A DNA stretch of 64,000 nt from an uncultured Dehalococcoidia bacterium. Its GTDB lineage: Bacteria > Chloroflexota > Dehalococcoidia > Lucifugimonadales > UBA3495. Of the stretch, positions 1 to 9,049 are shown piece after piece. A model generated the notes under the pieces. That model was not told where the DNA came from and did no database searches. It saw nothing but the letters and a program-made list of their open reading frames with translations. Each line of letters starts with the position of its first letter. The stretch's first letter is position 1. The stretch is from NCBI GenBank assembly GCA_950072105.1, contig CATMOE010000007.1:1-64000 (forward strand), read 5' to 3'. The translations under genes were made by a program, and so were the position numbers.

Positions 1-1382
1 GTGGTGGCGCCGACCAGGGCCAGCATCTCGCCTACCCGGGTACCTGAGGCGCTTTCGTCGCTCCAGTTCATGTTGCCCTGGGACTTGGCGTGGTCCAGCA
101 GTTGTGCCTTGGTCTCTTCGCCAACTTCTAGGAAGCCCATGTGCTCGAGCGACGCATCCACGAGTTCCTCAGGGGTATTGACGCCGGCCGTCTTGATGTC
201 GTTGATGATTCTTTTCACGCCGGGCAGGCTGGTGTTGGCCACCCGGTCGGCCACGAAGTTGATCCGAGCCAGCAGCGAACCGCTGTTGATCCACTCGGTG
301 CCGGTGTACCAGCCTTCAACGCTGGGCGGGTTCAGTAGGGCTTGTCCCATGTATCCGGACTCGGGACCAACGTCGGGAAGAGTAGGCTCGGGGGTCTGGA
401 AAGAACCCACCAATTTCAACGTCCCGGCGACGACTTCGGCAGGACTCTTGATCTTGGAGTACCGGGCGTTCTTGAAGAAGTCGGAGTTGAACATGGTGCG
501 TAGCACCGCTTTGATCTCGTAGCCCGACTCCTCGAAGGCGTTGATCATCACTTCCAGAGCGTCCTCGTCCCGTGCATCCTCGATCGTCCAAGCGGGGACC
601 TGAACCTCGTCGGCAACGAAGAAGTTGTACAGGTGGCGGCAGATGAACCGAGCCGTGGCCGGTTCCTTCACGATGATGTCGATGATATCCTCACCGTCGA
701 AGTTGCCGGTGTGGCCCAAGAAGGTCTTTTCACCGGTGTCGTGGTCTTCGCCCCGGTAGTCGAACCTCCAGGGAAAGCGTCCAAAGGGCTGGCGGGGCAG
801 CTTGGGAGCGATGGTCCAGCCGGTGAAGGCCCGCGAGGCTTCCCGAACGTCAACCTCGGTATAGTTGCTGACGCCCATGGAGAATAACTCCAGCAATTCC
901 CGCCCCCAGTTCTCGTTCACGGCGTCGCGGTGGTTCTCGTTGTTGTCCAGCCAGAAGAGCATGGCCGGGTTCTTGGACAGCTCTACCAGCATCTCCCGGT
1001 AGCTGCCCATGCCGAACTTGCGGAACATGACCAACTGCTCCAGCATCTGGTCGCAGTTGTCCACTTTCGCGTTGCCGGTGGCGAAGACGTGGTGCCAGAA
1101 CAAGGCCGTCTTCTCAACCAAGGGCCGCTGTGTGGTAATCATGTGGTACATCCAGTTGTACTGACCCGGAGTCGGAGTGCCGCCGGGCAGCAACGCGCCT
1201 GGCAGGTAGCGCAACAACAGCGCCGTCTTGCCGCTGGGGATGTCGTCGGGGGGATTGACCAGTTCGTCAACGGTGGCTTCATATCCCATCGCCACGTACC
1301 GGTCCAGCTCTTCTGGCGTCGCACCGAAACCGGCCCGGCGCATTAGGTGGGCCATTAGGGCTACATCTTCTTTATTTGTCAT
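1..1382 (-). CDS. DUF1800 family protein (3' end runs off the window; absent from the ORF track)
   Basis: Manual minus-strand translation from ATG 1382 (AGGAGG RBS upstream) gives MTNKEDVALMAHLMRRAGFGATPEEL and later NENWGRELLELFSMGVSNYTEVDVREASRAFTGW, the typical DUF1800 motifs. Confidence 0.9.
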   Translation of the reverse strand, partial: MTNKEDVALMAHLMRRAGFGATPEELDRYVAMGYEATVDELVNPPDDIPSGKTALLLRYLPGALLPGGTPTPGQYNWMYHMITTQRPLVEKTALFWHHVFATGNAKVDNCDQMLEQLVMFRKFGMGSYREMLVELSKNPAMLFWLDNNENHRDAVNENWGRELLELFSMGVSNYTEVDVREASRAFTGWTIAPKLPRQPFGRFPWRFDYRGEDHDTGEKTFLGHTGNFDGEDIIDIIVKEPATARFICRHLYNFFVADEVQVPAWTIEDARDEDALEVMINAFEESGYEIKAVLRTMFNSDFFKNARYSKIKSPAEVVAGTLKLVGSFQTPEPTLPDVGPESGYMGQALLNPPSVEGWYTGTEWINSGSLLARINFVADRVANTSLPGVKRIINDIKTAGVNTPEELVDASLEHMGFLEVGEETKAQLLDHAKSQGNMNWSDESASGTRVGEMLALVGAT

Positions 1383-1420
1383 CCAACTGCCTCCTTTTGG
1401 ATTCCGGATTCGTAAATCAA

Positions 1421-1436
1421 GCGATAATATTATCGC
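1421..1436. promoter_or_regulatory. Perfect 16-bp palindrome GCGATAATATTATCGC, candidate operator between divergent genes
   Basis: Seen directly; further CGATAAT half-sites near 1444 and 1472. Confidence 0.45.
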
Positions 1437-1700
1437 CAACAGGCGATAATGAGCCTAGGCTATAACTGACCCGATAATATGGTATCGCTGAGTCTGTGTC
1501 AACGACTCACCGTGCTTAACCAACGGCCTCGGCCGGTTGGAGACGGGAATCGTCGCCTCAATGCCGCACAGCTCGATTCTTGTCACCTTGTCGGCTCAAC
1601 TGTATGATGGATTCTCTTCAGACCTAGCCTGCGTACCCAAGGTAAACTCAAGATTCAGCGGCGCGGTCGATCGACAGCTCCGGTACTGAGAGAAGAAGAA

Positions 1701-2618
1701 ATGTTGCGGCCCTTCAAGCTTCACGAGCCAACATCGGTGGATGACGCCGTTTCCCTCCTGGGCCAATTTGGGGAGGAAGCCAAGGTCTACTGCGGCGGTA
1801 CGGAACTCCTGTTGGCGATGAAGGAGGGCCTGCTCCGCTACAACCACTTAGTCAACATCAAAACCATCCCCGGCCTGGATGAGGTCGGCTACGACCAGGC
1901 GTCTGGGATGCTGTCCATCGGGGCAACAGTCACCCACACCGCCCTGGAGCACTCACCTCATATACAGTCTCATTTCCCCATGATCGCCGAGGCGGAAGGA
2001 AACGTGGCCAACGTTCGAGTCCGCAACGTGGGCACCATCGGCGGCAACCTCTGCTTTTCCGAGCCACACTCCGACCCTGGGGCCTTTCTTCTTCTCTTCG
2101 ATACTCAGGTGGAGATCCAAGGCTCTGGAGGTCAAAGAACGATTCCCCTGGCGGAGCTAACCCTGGGCCCGTTCGAGACCTGCCTGGAAGACGACGAGAT
2201 CCTCACTAGGATACTGGTCCCCCAGTTCCCACAGGGAATGACGGGCGCTTACCTCAAGTTCGGCTATCACGCGCGGCCCACGCTGGGAGTGGGAGTCTCG
2301 GTGCGTCTGGAACCAAAGACGTCCACTGGCGAACAAATCGAAGGGGCAGTCGTCGCCGAGGTCCGCGTTGCCGTGGGATCGGCAGGCCCCAAAGCGGTGC
2401 GGGTTGCCGAGGCTGAACAGTTGTTGGTGGGAAAGACAGTTGCCGAGCTGCTACCAAGGTCCAACGGCGGAGAGTCATCAACTATGAATGAAGCAGGCCG
2501 TATTGCTGGCCGGGCATCCGACGCGATGGACGACATACACGGCTCAGGGGAGTACAAAGAGCACATGGTTGGAGTCTTCCTAAAACGGGCCTTCGCCGAG
2601 GCCATCAATACTCGTTAA
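1701..2618 (+). CDS. Molybdenum hydroxylase FAD-binding (medium, CoxM/XdhB-like) subunit
   Basis: GGTELL and RNVGTIGGNL FAD-binding motifs; DIHGSGEYKEH C-terminus. Confidence 0.92.
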   Translation: MLRPFKLHEPTSVDDAVSLLGQFGEEAKVYCGGTELLLAMKEGLLRYNHLVNIKTIPGLDEVGYDQASGMLSIGATVTHTALEHSPHIQSHFPMIAEAEGNVANVRVRNVGTIGGNLCFSEPHSDPGAFLLLFDTQVEIQGSGGQRTIPLAELTLGPFETCLEDDEILTRILVPQFPQGMTGAYLKFGYHARPTLGVGVSVRLEPKTSTGEQIEGAVVAEVRVAVGSAGPKAVRVAEAEQLLVGKTVAELLPRSNGGESSTMNEAGRIAGRASDAMDDIHGSGEYKEHMVGVFLKRAFAEAINTR

Positions 2619-2628
2619 CCAACCGTCC

Positions 2629-2664
2629 AAAGCCCCCTTTCATAAAGGGGGTTGGGGGATTTCG
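2629..2664. repeat. REP-like palindrome, family A (CCCCCTTT-N3-AAAGGGGG core)
   Basis: Reverse complement closely matches the copies at 39244 and 55493. Confidence 0.75.
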
Positions 2665-2686
2665 TCCCGATATTGGAGAAACCACA

Positions 2687-3184
2687 GTGGCAATAAATGA
2701 AACCCAGCGCCCAGATATAGAACGCATCCCGGTCAACCTGACGGTCAACGGACGTACCGTAACCGACAACGTACCACCGGAGCTGACCCTGCTGGACTTC
2801 CTACGCGACTGGTTGGGACTGAAAGGCGCCAAACGGTCCTGCGACATGCAGGTCTGCGGGGCCTGCACCGTGCTGGTCAACGGCCGGGCCGTAAGCTCCT
2901 GCACCTTCCTAGCCTTTGAAGCCAGGAACGACGAAGTCACCACCATCGAAGGCTTGGCCCAAGACGGGGAGCTTCACCCACTACAACAATCCTTCATCGA
3001 CAACGCCGCCTTCCAGTGCGGCTTCTGCACCCCCGGCATGATCCTAGCGGCCAAGTCCCTTCTAGACCAAAACCCCCACCCCAACGAAGAGGAGATCCGA
3101 GCCTACATGAAAGGGAACATCTGCCGCTGCACCGGGTATAAAAAGATTGTTGAGGCGATAGAGGGAGCGGCTTTGGTGCAATGA
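2687..3184 (+). CDS. Molybdenum hydroxylase 2x[2Fe-2S] (small, CoxS-like) subunit
   Basis: CDMQVCGACTVL, QCGFCTPG and NICRCTGY cysteine motifs. Confidence 0.95.
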   Translation: MAINETQRPDIERIPVNLTVNGRTVTDNVPPELTLLDFLRDWLGLKGAKRSCDMQVCGACTVLVNGRAVSSCTFLAFEARNDEVTTIEGLAQDGELHPLQQSFIDNAAFQCGFCTPGMILAAKSLLDQNPHPNEEEIRAYMKGNICRCTGYKKIVEAIEGAALVQ

Positions 3185-3249
3185 GGGCAGTCAGTGTCTG
3201 GACAATGGCAACATCTGGAAGTTAGCTTTGAGGAATAGAGCACGTTTTT

Positions 3250-3733
3250 ATGGATAGTTTTCTCGGTGCATGGCAGGGTGTCGCTATTGTTGGAATCGTT
3301 GTTGGGATTCTCGGAAGTCTTGTTGGCGCAAACCTTAAGGCGCGAATAGATCTGCTTCTGTCATCGGTTTCGCATAGGTGGGCGACAAGGACAGACGTAC
3401 GCCGGAAACAAAGAGCGGAGCGAATTGAACTCCTCATAGACAGTCTAAAAGAACAGATGCACGCCCAAATGGACAAACTCAAGTCTCTCATCTTGTCAGT
3501 GGGACTTCTCGTGGGGAGCTTAGGGGTTTTTTATCGTTGGAAACCTCGAGAACGACGCCTTTGGTGGACAATTTTTCTCGTTTGTGCTTACTCTAACGGC
3601 ACTCGTAACTGCTCTGTTTGGGCTACGTGAATCCATGGAGGCGAAAAGAATCGCTCAGGAGATTCGAGAGGCAAGGCTCCTCGAAAAGATGCCTGTAAGA
3701 CCTGAATGCGATCAATTCCAGAAGCCAATCTGA
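3250..3733 (+). pseudogene. AT-richer small membrane protein, probably frameshifted at the G4T6 run (3523-3532)
   Basis: The +1 frame continues FIVGNLENDAFGGQFFSFVLTLTALVTALFGLRESMEAK... (another hydrophobic helix) to TGA at 3731. Confidence 0.5.
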
Positions 3734-3929
3734 GCCGCAGTCCATGGTATGGGTAACAGGCTCGACGGACGTGGTTATCGATATACAGGTTTTTGATTTG
3801 GACGATTCTCCGTTGAGCTCCACTCCCTGTCTTCTTGATCGACCAGATATGATTTGCAAATATATACATTCAATACAATGCGTACCCGCGGAGTCGAATG
3901 CTGCCAGATTTGGCGGAGCGTGAGCAACC

Positions 3930-6170
3930 ATGAACACCGTAGGCAAACCAGTCCCCAGAATTGACGCTTTGGACAAAGTGACCGGGCGGGCCGCTTATGT
4001 GGGCGACCTGGAGATACCGGGCATGGTCCACGGGCTTATACTGCGCAGTCCCTGGCCCCACGCCCGCGTCCTGAGCATCGACTCTACCGAAGCCGAGCGG
4101 TTGCCGGGGGTCTTGGGGGTGCTTACCCGGGATCATTTGGGTGGTATCGACCCTTACTTTGGCTCGGTGGTGCGGGACCGGCCCATCGTGGCCATGGACA
4201 AGGTGCGGTACCAGGGAGAACCGGTTGCCGCCGTGGCCGCCAGGGACCTGGCAACGGCCCAAGAGGCCCTGGAGATGATCCGGGTCGAGTACGAAGAGTT
4301 GCCCCTGGTCTCCGATACAGGAGAGGCCCTGGTCTCCGGCTCGGCCGCCCTTCATGAGACTAACCTTTGCGCCGAGCACCATTACGACTGGGGCGACGTT
4401 GAGGAAGGGTTTGCGCAGTCGGACCGGGTGTTCGAAGATACCTTTACCTTCCCCATGGTCTACCACTACGCCTTGGAGCCGCATACGTCCATCGGCCACT
4501 ACACCAATCAGGGCATAACTGTGTGGTCCACGGCCCAGCACCCCTTTTTGGTGCGGAGTGACCTGGCCCGCATGTTCGGCTTCTCACTGCACCAAGTCAG
4601 GATCATCGTGCCCTACCTGGGCGGAGGCTTCGGCAGCAAGTCATACACCAAGATGGAGCCATTGGCCGCGGCATTGAGCAAGGTGGTGGGCCGGCCGGTG
4701 CGTCTGGCCCTATCGGTGGAAGAGGCGTTCAAGACGGTGCGCCGCCATGCCGCCCGCTTGACCGTCAAAACGGGAGTCAAGCTGGACGGGACCTTCGTGG
4801 CTAGGGAGTGCCTGATCTATCTGGACACCGGCGCCTATGCCGACAACGGGCCTTTGGTGGCGGGACGGGCTGGGGAAAGGATAGCCGGTCCCTATCGTTG
4901 GCCCAGCCTGAAAGTATCATCGTCCGCTGTTTACACCAACTCCACCCCTGCCGGGTCTTTCCGGTCCATCGGCGCGCCCCAGGCGGCGTGGGCCAGCGAG
5001 TCCCAAGTTGACATAATCGCTGCGGAACTGGGGCTTGACCCTCTGGAGATTCGCCTTAAAAACATGGTGGCCCGGGGAGAAGAGGTGCGTAAAGGAAGGC
5101 GGCCTCTGGAAGGCGACCCGGCTGCGGGGCTCCGGTTAGCGGCCCAAGCCGTGGGATGGAGCGGCAAAGAGGAACCGGGGGCAACGGAGAACGACGGCAC
5201 AGGATTAGTCACCGGCAAGGGCCTGGGCTGTAACCTTTCCGGCGTCGGATCGAGTCCCACCTCAACGGCCCTGGTGCGCATGCACGTTGACGGCACCCTC
5301 ACCGTGTTGGTTGGCACTACTGAACTGGGCCAAGGCTCTCGCTCCGCCATGGCGCAGGTGGCTTCCGAAGAGTTGACGGTGCCCATGGAAAGCGTGGACG
5401 TCATATCCTCGGACACGTCCATAGTGCCCTACGACCGGTCTACCGGGTCCAGCCGCTCCACCACCCTCATGGGTTTGGCGGTCCAAGACGGAGCCATCGA
5501 AGTGAAGGACCAACTGTTGGAGTTGGCGGCCCTGCATTTCGAATGCCCCGTCGATGAACTGTCGATCGAGGAGGGTCAAGTCCTATGCCGTGGAGAATCG
5601 ATCTCTTTCAGTCAGCTTATTCAGGAAGAGTTCGGCGGAGTGGCCGGGGAGCTTATGGGCCGTGGCTACGTAACGCCGCGAAGCCACGGCGGCAGGTTGA
5701 GCCAGTCTCCCGTGTTTTGGGAGGTGGGTATCTCCGCCGCTGAAGTGGAACTGGACGTGGAGACCGGGGCCATCCGGATACCCCACTACGTCTCGGTGGC
5801 CGACGTGGGTAAAGCGATCAATCCTCAGCAGTGCGAAGGGCAGGACGAAGGCGCGGCCATGCAGGGACTGGGCCACACGCTGTTCGAGGAGATGCTTTAC
5901 GAGGACGGCCAGCTCCTCAACCCGAACCTGATCGATTACAAAGTGCCGACCTTCGCCGAGCTTCCCGATAAGCTGGAAACCATCCTCATCGAGAACGGGG
6001 ACGGTCCCGGACCATTTGGGTCCAAAGGATTGGGTGAGGGAGGAATCGTCGCGGCAGGTCCGGCGGTGGCCAATGCCATCTTCCGCGCCACCGGTGTTCG
6101 TATCAAGGAACTGCCGCTGACGCCGGAACGGGTTTGGCGGGCATTACGAAGAGCCCGAGGGCAGGACTAG
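3930..6170 (+). CDS. Xanthine dehydrogenase-family molybdopterin-binding (large) subunit
   Basis: DKVTGRA, GGGFGSK, GQGS and KGLGEGG motifs; active-site loop AGSFRSIG differs from CODH signatures. Confidence 0.93.
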   Translation: MNTVGKPVPRIDALDKVTGRAAYVGDLEIPGMVHGLILRSPWPHARVLSIDSTEAERLPGVLGVLTRDHLGGIDPYFGSVVRDRPIVAMDKVRYQGEPVAAVAARDLATAQEALEMIRVEYEELPLVSDTGEALVSGSAALHETNLCAEHHYDWGDVEEGFAQSDRVFEDTFTFPMVYHYALEPHTSIGHYTNQGITVWSTAQHPFLVRSDLARMFGFSLHQVRIIVPYLGGGFGSKSYTKMEPLAAALSKVVGRPVRLALSVEEAFKTVRRHAARLTVKTGVKLDGTFVARECLIYLDTGAYADNGPLVAGRAGERIAGPYRWPSLKVSSSAVYTNSTPAGSFRSIGAPQAAWASESQVDIIAAELGLDPLEIRLKNMVARGEEVRKGRRPLEGDPAAGLRLAAQAVGWSGKEEPGATENDGTGLVTGKGLGCNLSGVGSSPTSTALVRMHVDGTLTVLVGTTELGQGSRSAMAQVASEELTVPMESVDVISSDTSIVPYDRSTGSSRSTTLMGLAVQDGAIEVKDQLLELAALHFECPVDELSIEEGQVLCRGESISFSQLIQEEFGGVAGELMGRGYVTPRSHGGRLSQSPVFWEVGISAAEVELDVETGAIRIPHYVSVADVGKAINPQQCEGQDEGAAMQGLGHTLFEEMLYEDGQLLNPNLIDYKVPTFAELPDKLETILIENGDGPGPFGSKGLGEGGIVAAGPAVANAIFRATGVRIKELPLTPERVWRALRRARGQD

Positions 6171-6179
6171 GCTTAGCTC

Positions 6180-6638
6180 ATGGACTTTTCCCACAGCCTT
6201 ACCGTGGACGCGCCCGCAGACCGGGTGTGGTCCTTGCTGAGAGACCCCCACAGTATCGCCCCGGCCATTCCTGGCTTCCAGGCGCTCGACGTGATCGACG
6301 ACGATAACTTTTCGGTCCGGATCGCCCAGCGCATCGGCCCCTTTCGAGCTAGATTCGATCTGCGCATGACCATAATCGAAGTGGTCGACTTGAAGCTGAT
6401 CCGGGCCACCGGTCAAGGCGCCGAGGCCGGCGGAGGGTTGTTGAAGGTCCCTTCGGCCGTAGTGGAAATGGCTCCCTTGGATGATGGGAAGACTGAGTTG
6501 TCGTTTAACATCGAATTCACTCTATTGGGAAAGCTGGGGGCCATGGGCTACCCGCTGGTGAAGCGGAAAGCGGGGGAAATGGCCCAGCTGTTCGGTGAGA
6601 ATCTCCGAGAGCGTCTGGAACACGCCGAAGATTCCTAG
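6180..6638 (+). CDS. CoxG/SRPBCC family protein
   Basis: VDAPADRVWSLLRDP..IPG N-terminus; starts 9 nt after the large subunit. Confidence 0.85.
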   Translation: MDFSHSLTVDAPADRVWSLLRDPHSIAPAIPGFQALDVIDDDNFSVRIAQRIGPFRARFDLRMTIIEVVDLKLIRATGQGAEAGGGLLKVPSAVVEMAPLDDGKTELSFNIEFTLLGKLGAMGYPLVKRKAGEMAQLFGENLRERLEHAEDS

Positions 6639-6802
6639 AAGCCCATGACTGGGTGCGTTTGGCCAGCTCTCCGGATAGCGCAGATACACCAGTAATCTCT
6701 TCTCTGCTCCATTGACGATAGGTTCCGGAAGCAAATAAGCTTTCGCCGCGACTTCTCCAAACTCACGGCCCCATTGGTTTCTGTTGAATCAAAATGAGGA
6801 TC

Positions 6803-8872
6803 ATGCTGGCAGAAAAGCCCTACTTGCGATTGTTCAAATACATCTTTGTGGCGTCGGTGCTTCTACTCCTGACGGCCGGCCACTGCGAATATAGCTTGAG
6901 CACGCCATCGGAGCCTCCTGAGGGTGGAATCGTTCGGAGGGACCCCAACTCATCAAGTATTCCCCATGAGTTCCCGGTGGCCTTGACGGCCGTTCCCAAC
7001 GAGGGGTTCGTTTTTTCGCATTGGGAACCCACCGGTAACGAATCCCCGATCGTCAGATTCAGGATGCCCGATGGTGACCGAACCCGGACCGCCGTGTTCA
7101 TACCCTTCGATCCAAACTCGGCGGTCTCTCAGCCGCCCAAGGTGACAATTGTTAGCCCGACAAGGAATGATGCGACACAGTTTGAGAACGCCGAACGCAT
7201 TCTGTTCAGCGGGACGGCTGTCGATCCTGAAGATGGGAATCTCACTGGGGGGTCATTCGTTTGGGTTTCGAACATAGATGGTCAAATAGGGACCGGAGAG
7301 TCCTTCACCACCGTCCTCAGTACCGGGCACCACACTATTACCTTAACTGTAACGGACAGCCGACAAGTTGAGGGAGCCGACGCCGTCATCGCCATCGTCG
7401 CCGTCGCCGCTCCGGATAACGGTGCATCCGCGGGAGGCATGACCAGCCCGACAAGCGGCGACGAATACTTGACCACGGATACGATTCATTTCACCGGCGC
7501 GGGCCACGACCAAGAGGACGGAACGCTTACCGGAGCTTCATTGGTTTGGGCATCGGACATCGACGGTGAGATTGGAACCGGAGAGTCACTGGACGCCACT
7601 CTAAGCGAAGGCAACCACCGCATCAGCCTGACGATCTCCGACCGCCAGCAGAAAAAATTGACCGTGATGAACGACATCGTCGTGGAGATGCTGGTGAACG
7701 AGCCACCTATAGCGGCCATTCTCAGTCCGCTGTTCGGGGAATCGGCCTTAACCTTCCTAACCGCCGACAGCATCGATTTCAACGGAGTGGCCAACGATCC
7801 CGAAGATGGCGTACTGCCTAGGGAATCGATAGTGTGGGAGTCTGATCTGGACGGTCAGATCGGTATCGGGGAATCTATCAGCGCCTCTCTCAGTCCGGGA
7901 GTCCACAACATTACGCTTACGGCCACGGACAGCCAACAGGCAGAGGGGATCGGACTTACCATAGTCAGAGTGCATGCGCCGCCCACGGTGGCAATCACTA
8001 GCCCGGCAGACGGAGACACATTCCTGCCCGGCGACAGTATCGCCTTCAGTGGTTCGGCCGATGACCTTGAGGACGGCGCCCTTACCGGGGCATCCCTAGT
8101 ATGGGCTTCCGACGTGGCCGGCCTGCTCGGGACCGGAGGGACTATCAACGCCAATATCAGCCTGGGCCGCCACGCCATCGCTCTTATTGCCACTGACAGC
8201 CAAGGAGGCGTCGGAACTGTAACCATTAGCATCATCGTGGCTCTGCCGCCAAACGTGCCGCCGACGGCCAGTATCGAGAGCCCGGTTTTCGGAGAGACCT
8301 TCCGGACGGACGGCGACATCGCCTTCTACGGTATAGGCAACGACACAGAGGAAGGTTCACTGAAAGGGGCTTCATTGGTGTGGACCTCGGACATTGATGG
8401 CGAGGTCGGCACTGGAGAGGCCTTTAACGTTTCGCTGAGTGAAGGCACTCACATAATCATCCTGACAGTCACCGATAGCCGAGAGGGCGCTGGAACCTCG
8501 TCGGTCACCATTACGGTGGTTGCCCCAGAGCCAACCGCGACACCGGAGCCGGCCGCCACGCCGGTTCCTTAGCCGGTACCACTGCCGGAGCGGGCGGCGG
8601 GATCGGTCCCCCATCTGTTCTTTGGTTCTGCCACACTGGGCGGAGCCTCCGCTACAGACGGCACCTTCGTTACAGCTTGGGTAGCTGAGTTCTCGGAACC
8701 GGTGGCGACGGCGGTGGTTGCGGACGGGCAGTACAAAGTCTCGATGTTCCAGTATGGAAAGAGCAGCTTTGCCGGCAGAACGATAACCTTCAAGATAGGG
8801 GAGGCAGATGCCCAGGAGACTGGGACGTGGGAATCCTTTGGGGCTGATTTGCTGAACCTTATCGCCGGATGA
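6803..8872 (+). pseudogene. Secreted Ig/PKD-like repeat protein (possible lipoprotein) with in-frame TAG at 8570-8572
   Basis: Signal peptide ending LTAGHC; about 5 repeats of F.G.A.D.EDG.L.G.SL.W.SD.DG.IGTGE; the frame continues about 99 codons after the TAG and matches the C-terminus of the next paralogue. Confidence 0.82.
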
Positions 8873-9049
8873 TAGCGCATCGCCCAGGTTCTGCCGGGTA
8901 AGCGCGTCAGGTTTAAATGGAGTTTTTCCGGAATAGGCAGCTTGCCTAGATAAAAACGCCGAATCACATTGACTGTGTTGCGTAGCCGCCTATAAGCTGG
9001 GGGTTGCTTTACGCTGATTGTCCTAAGATTGGTTGAATGAACGAGGATC

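Noticed and set aside
1..1346. Plus-strand ORFs 1..522 and 930..1346, and other long antisense ORFs (20185..21270, 35852..36883, 47517..48497)
   Set aside because: They are shadow frames opposite well-supported genes, which is common in GC-rich DNA
3930..6170. Aerobic CO dehydrogenase (coxL)
   Set aside because: The active-site loop is AGSFRSIG, not AYxCSFR (form I) or AYRGAGR (form II)
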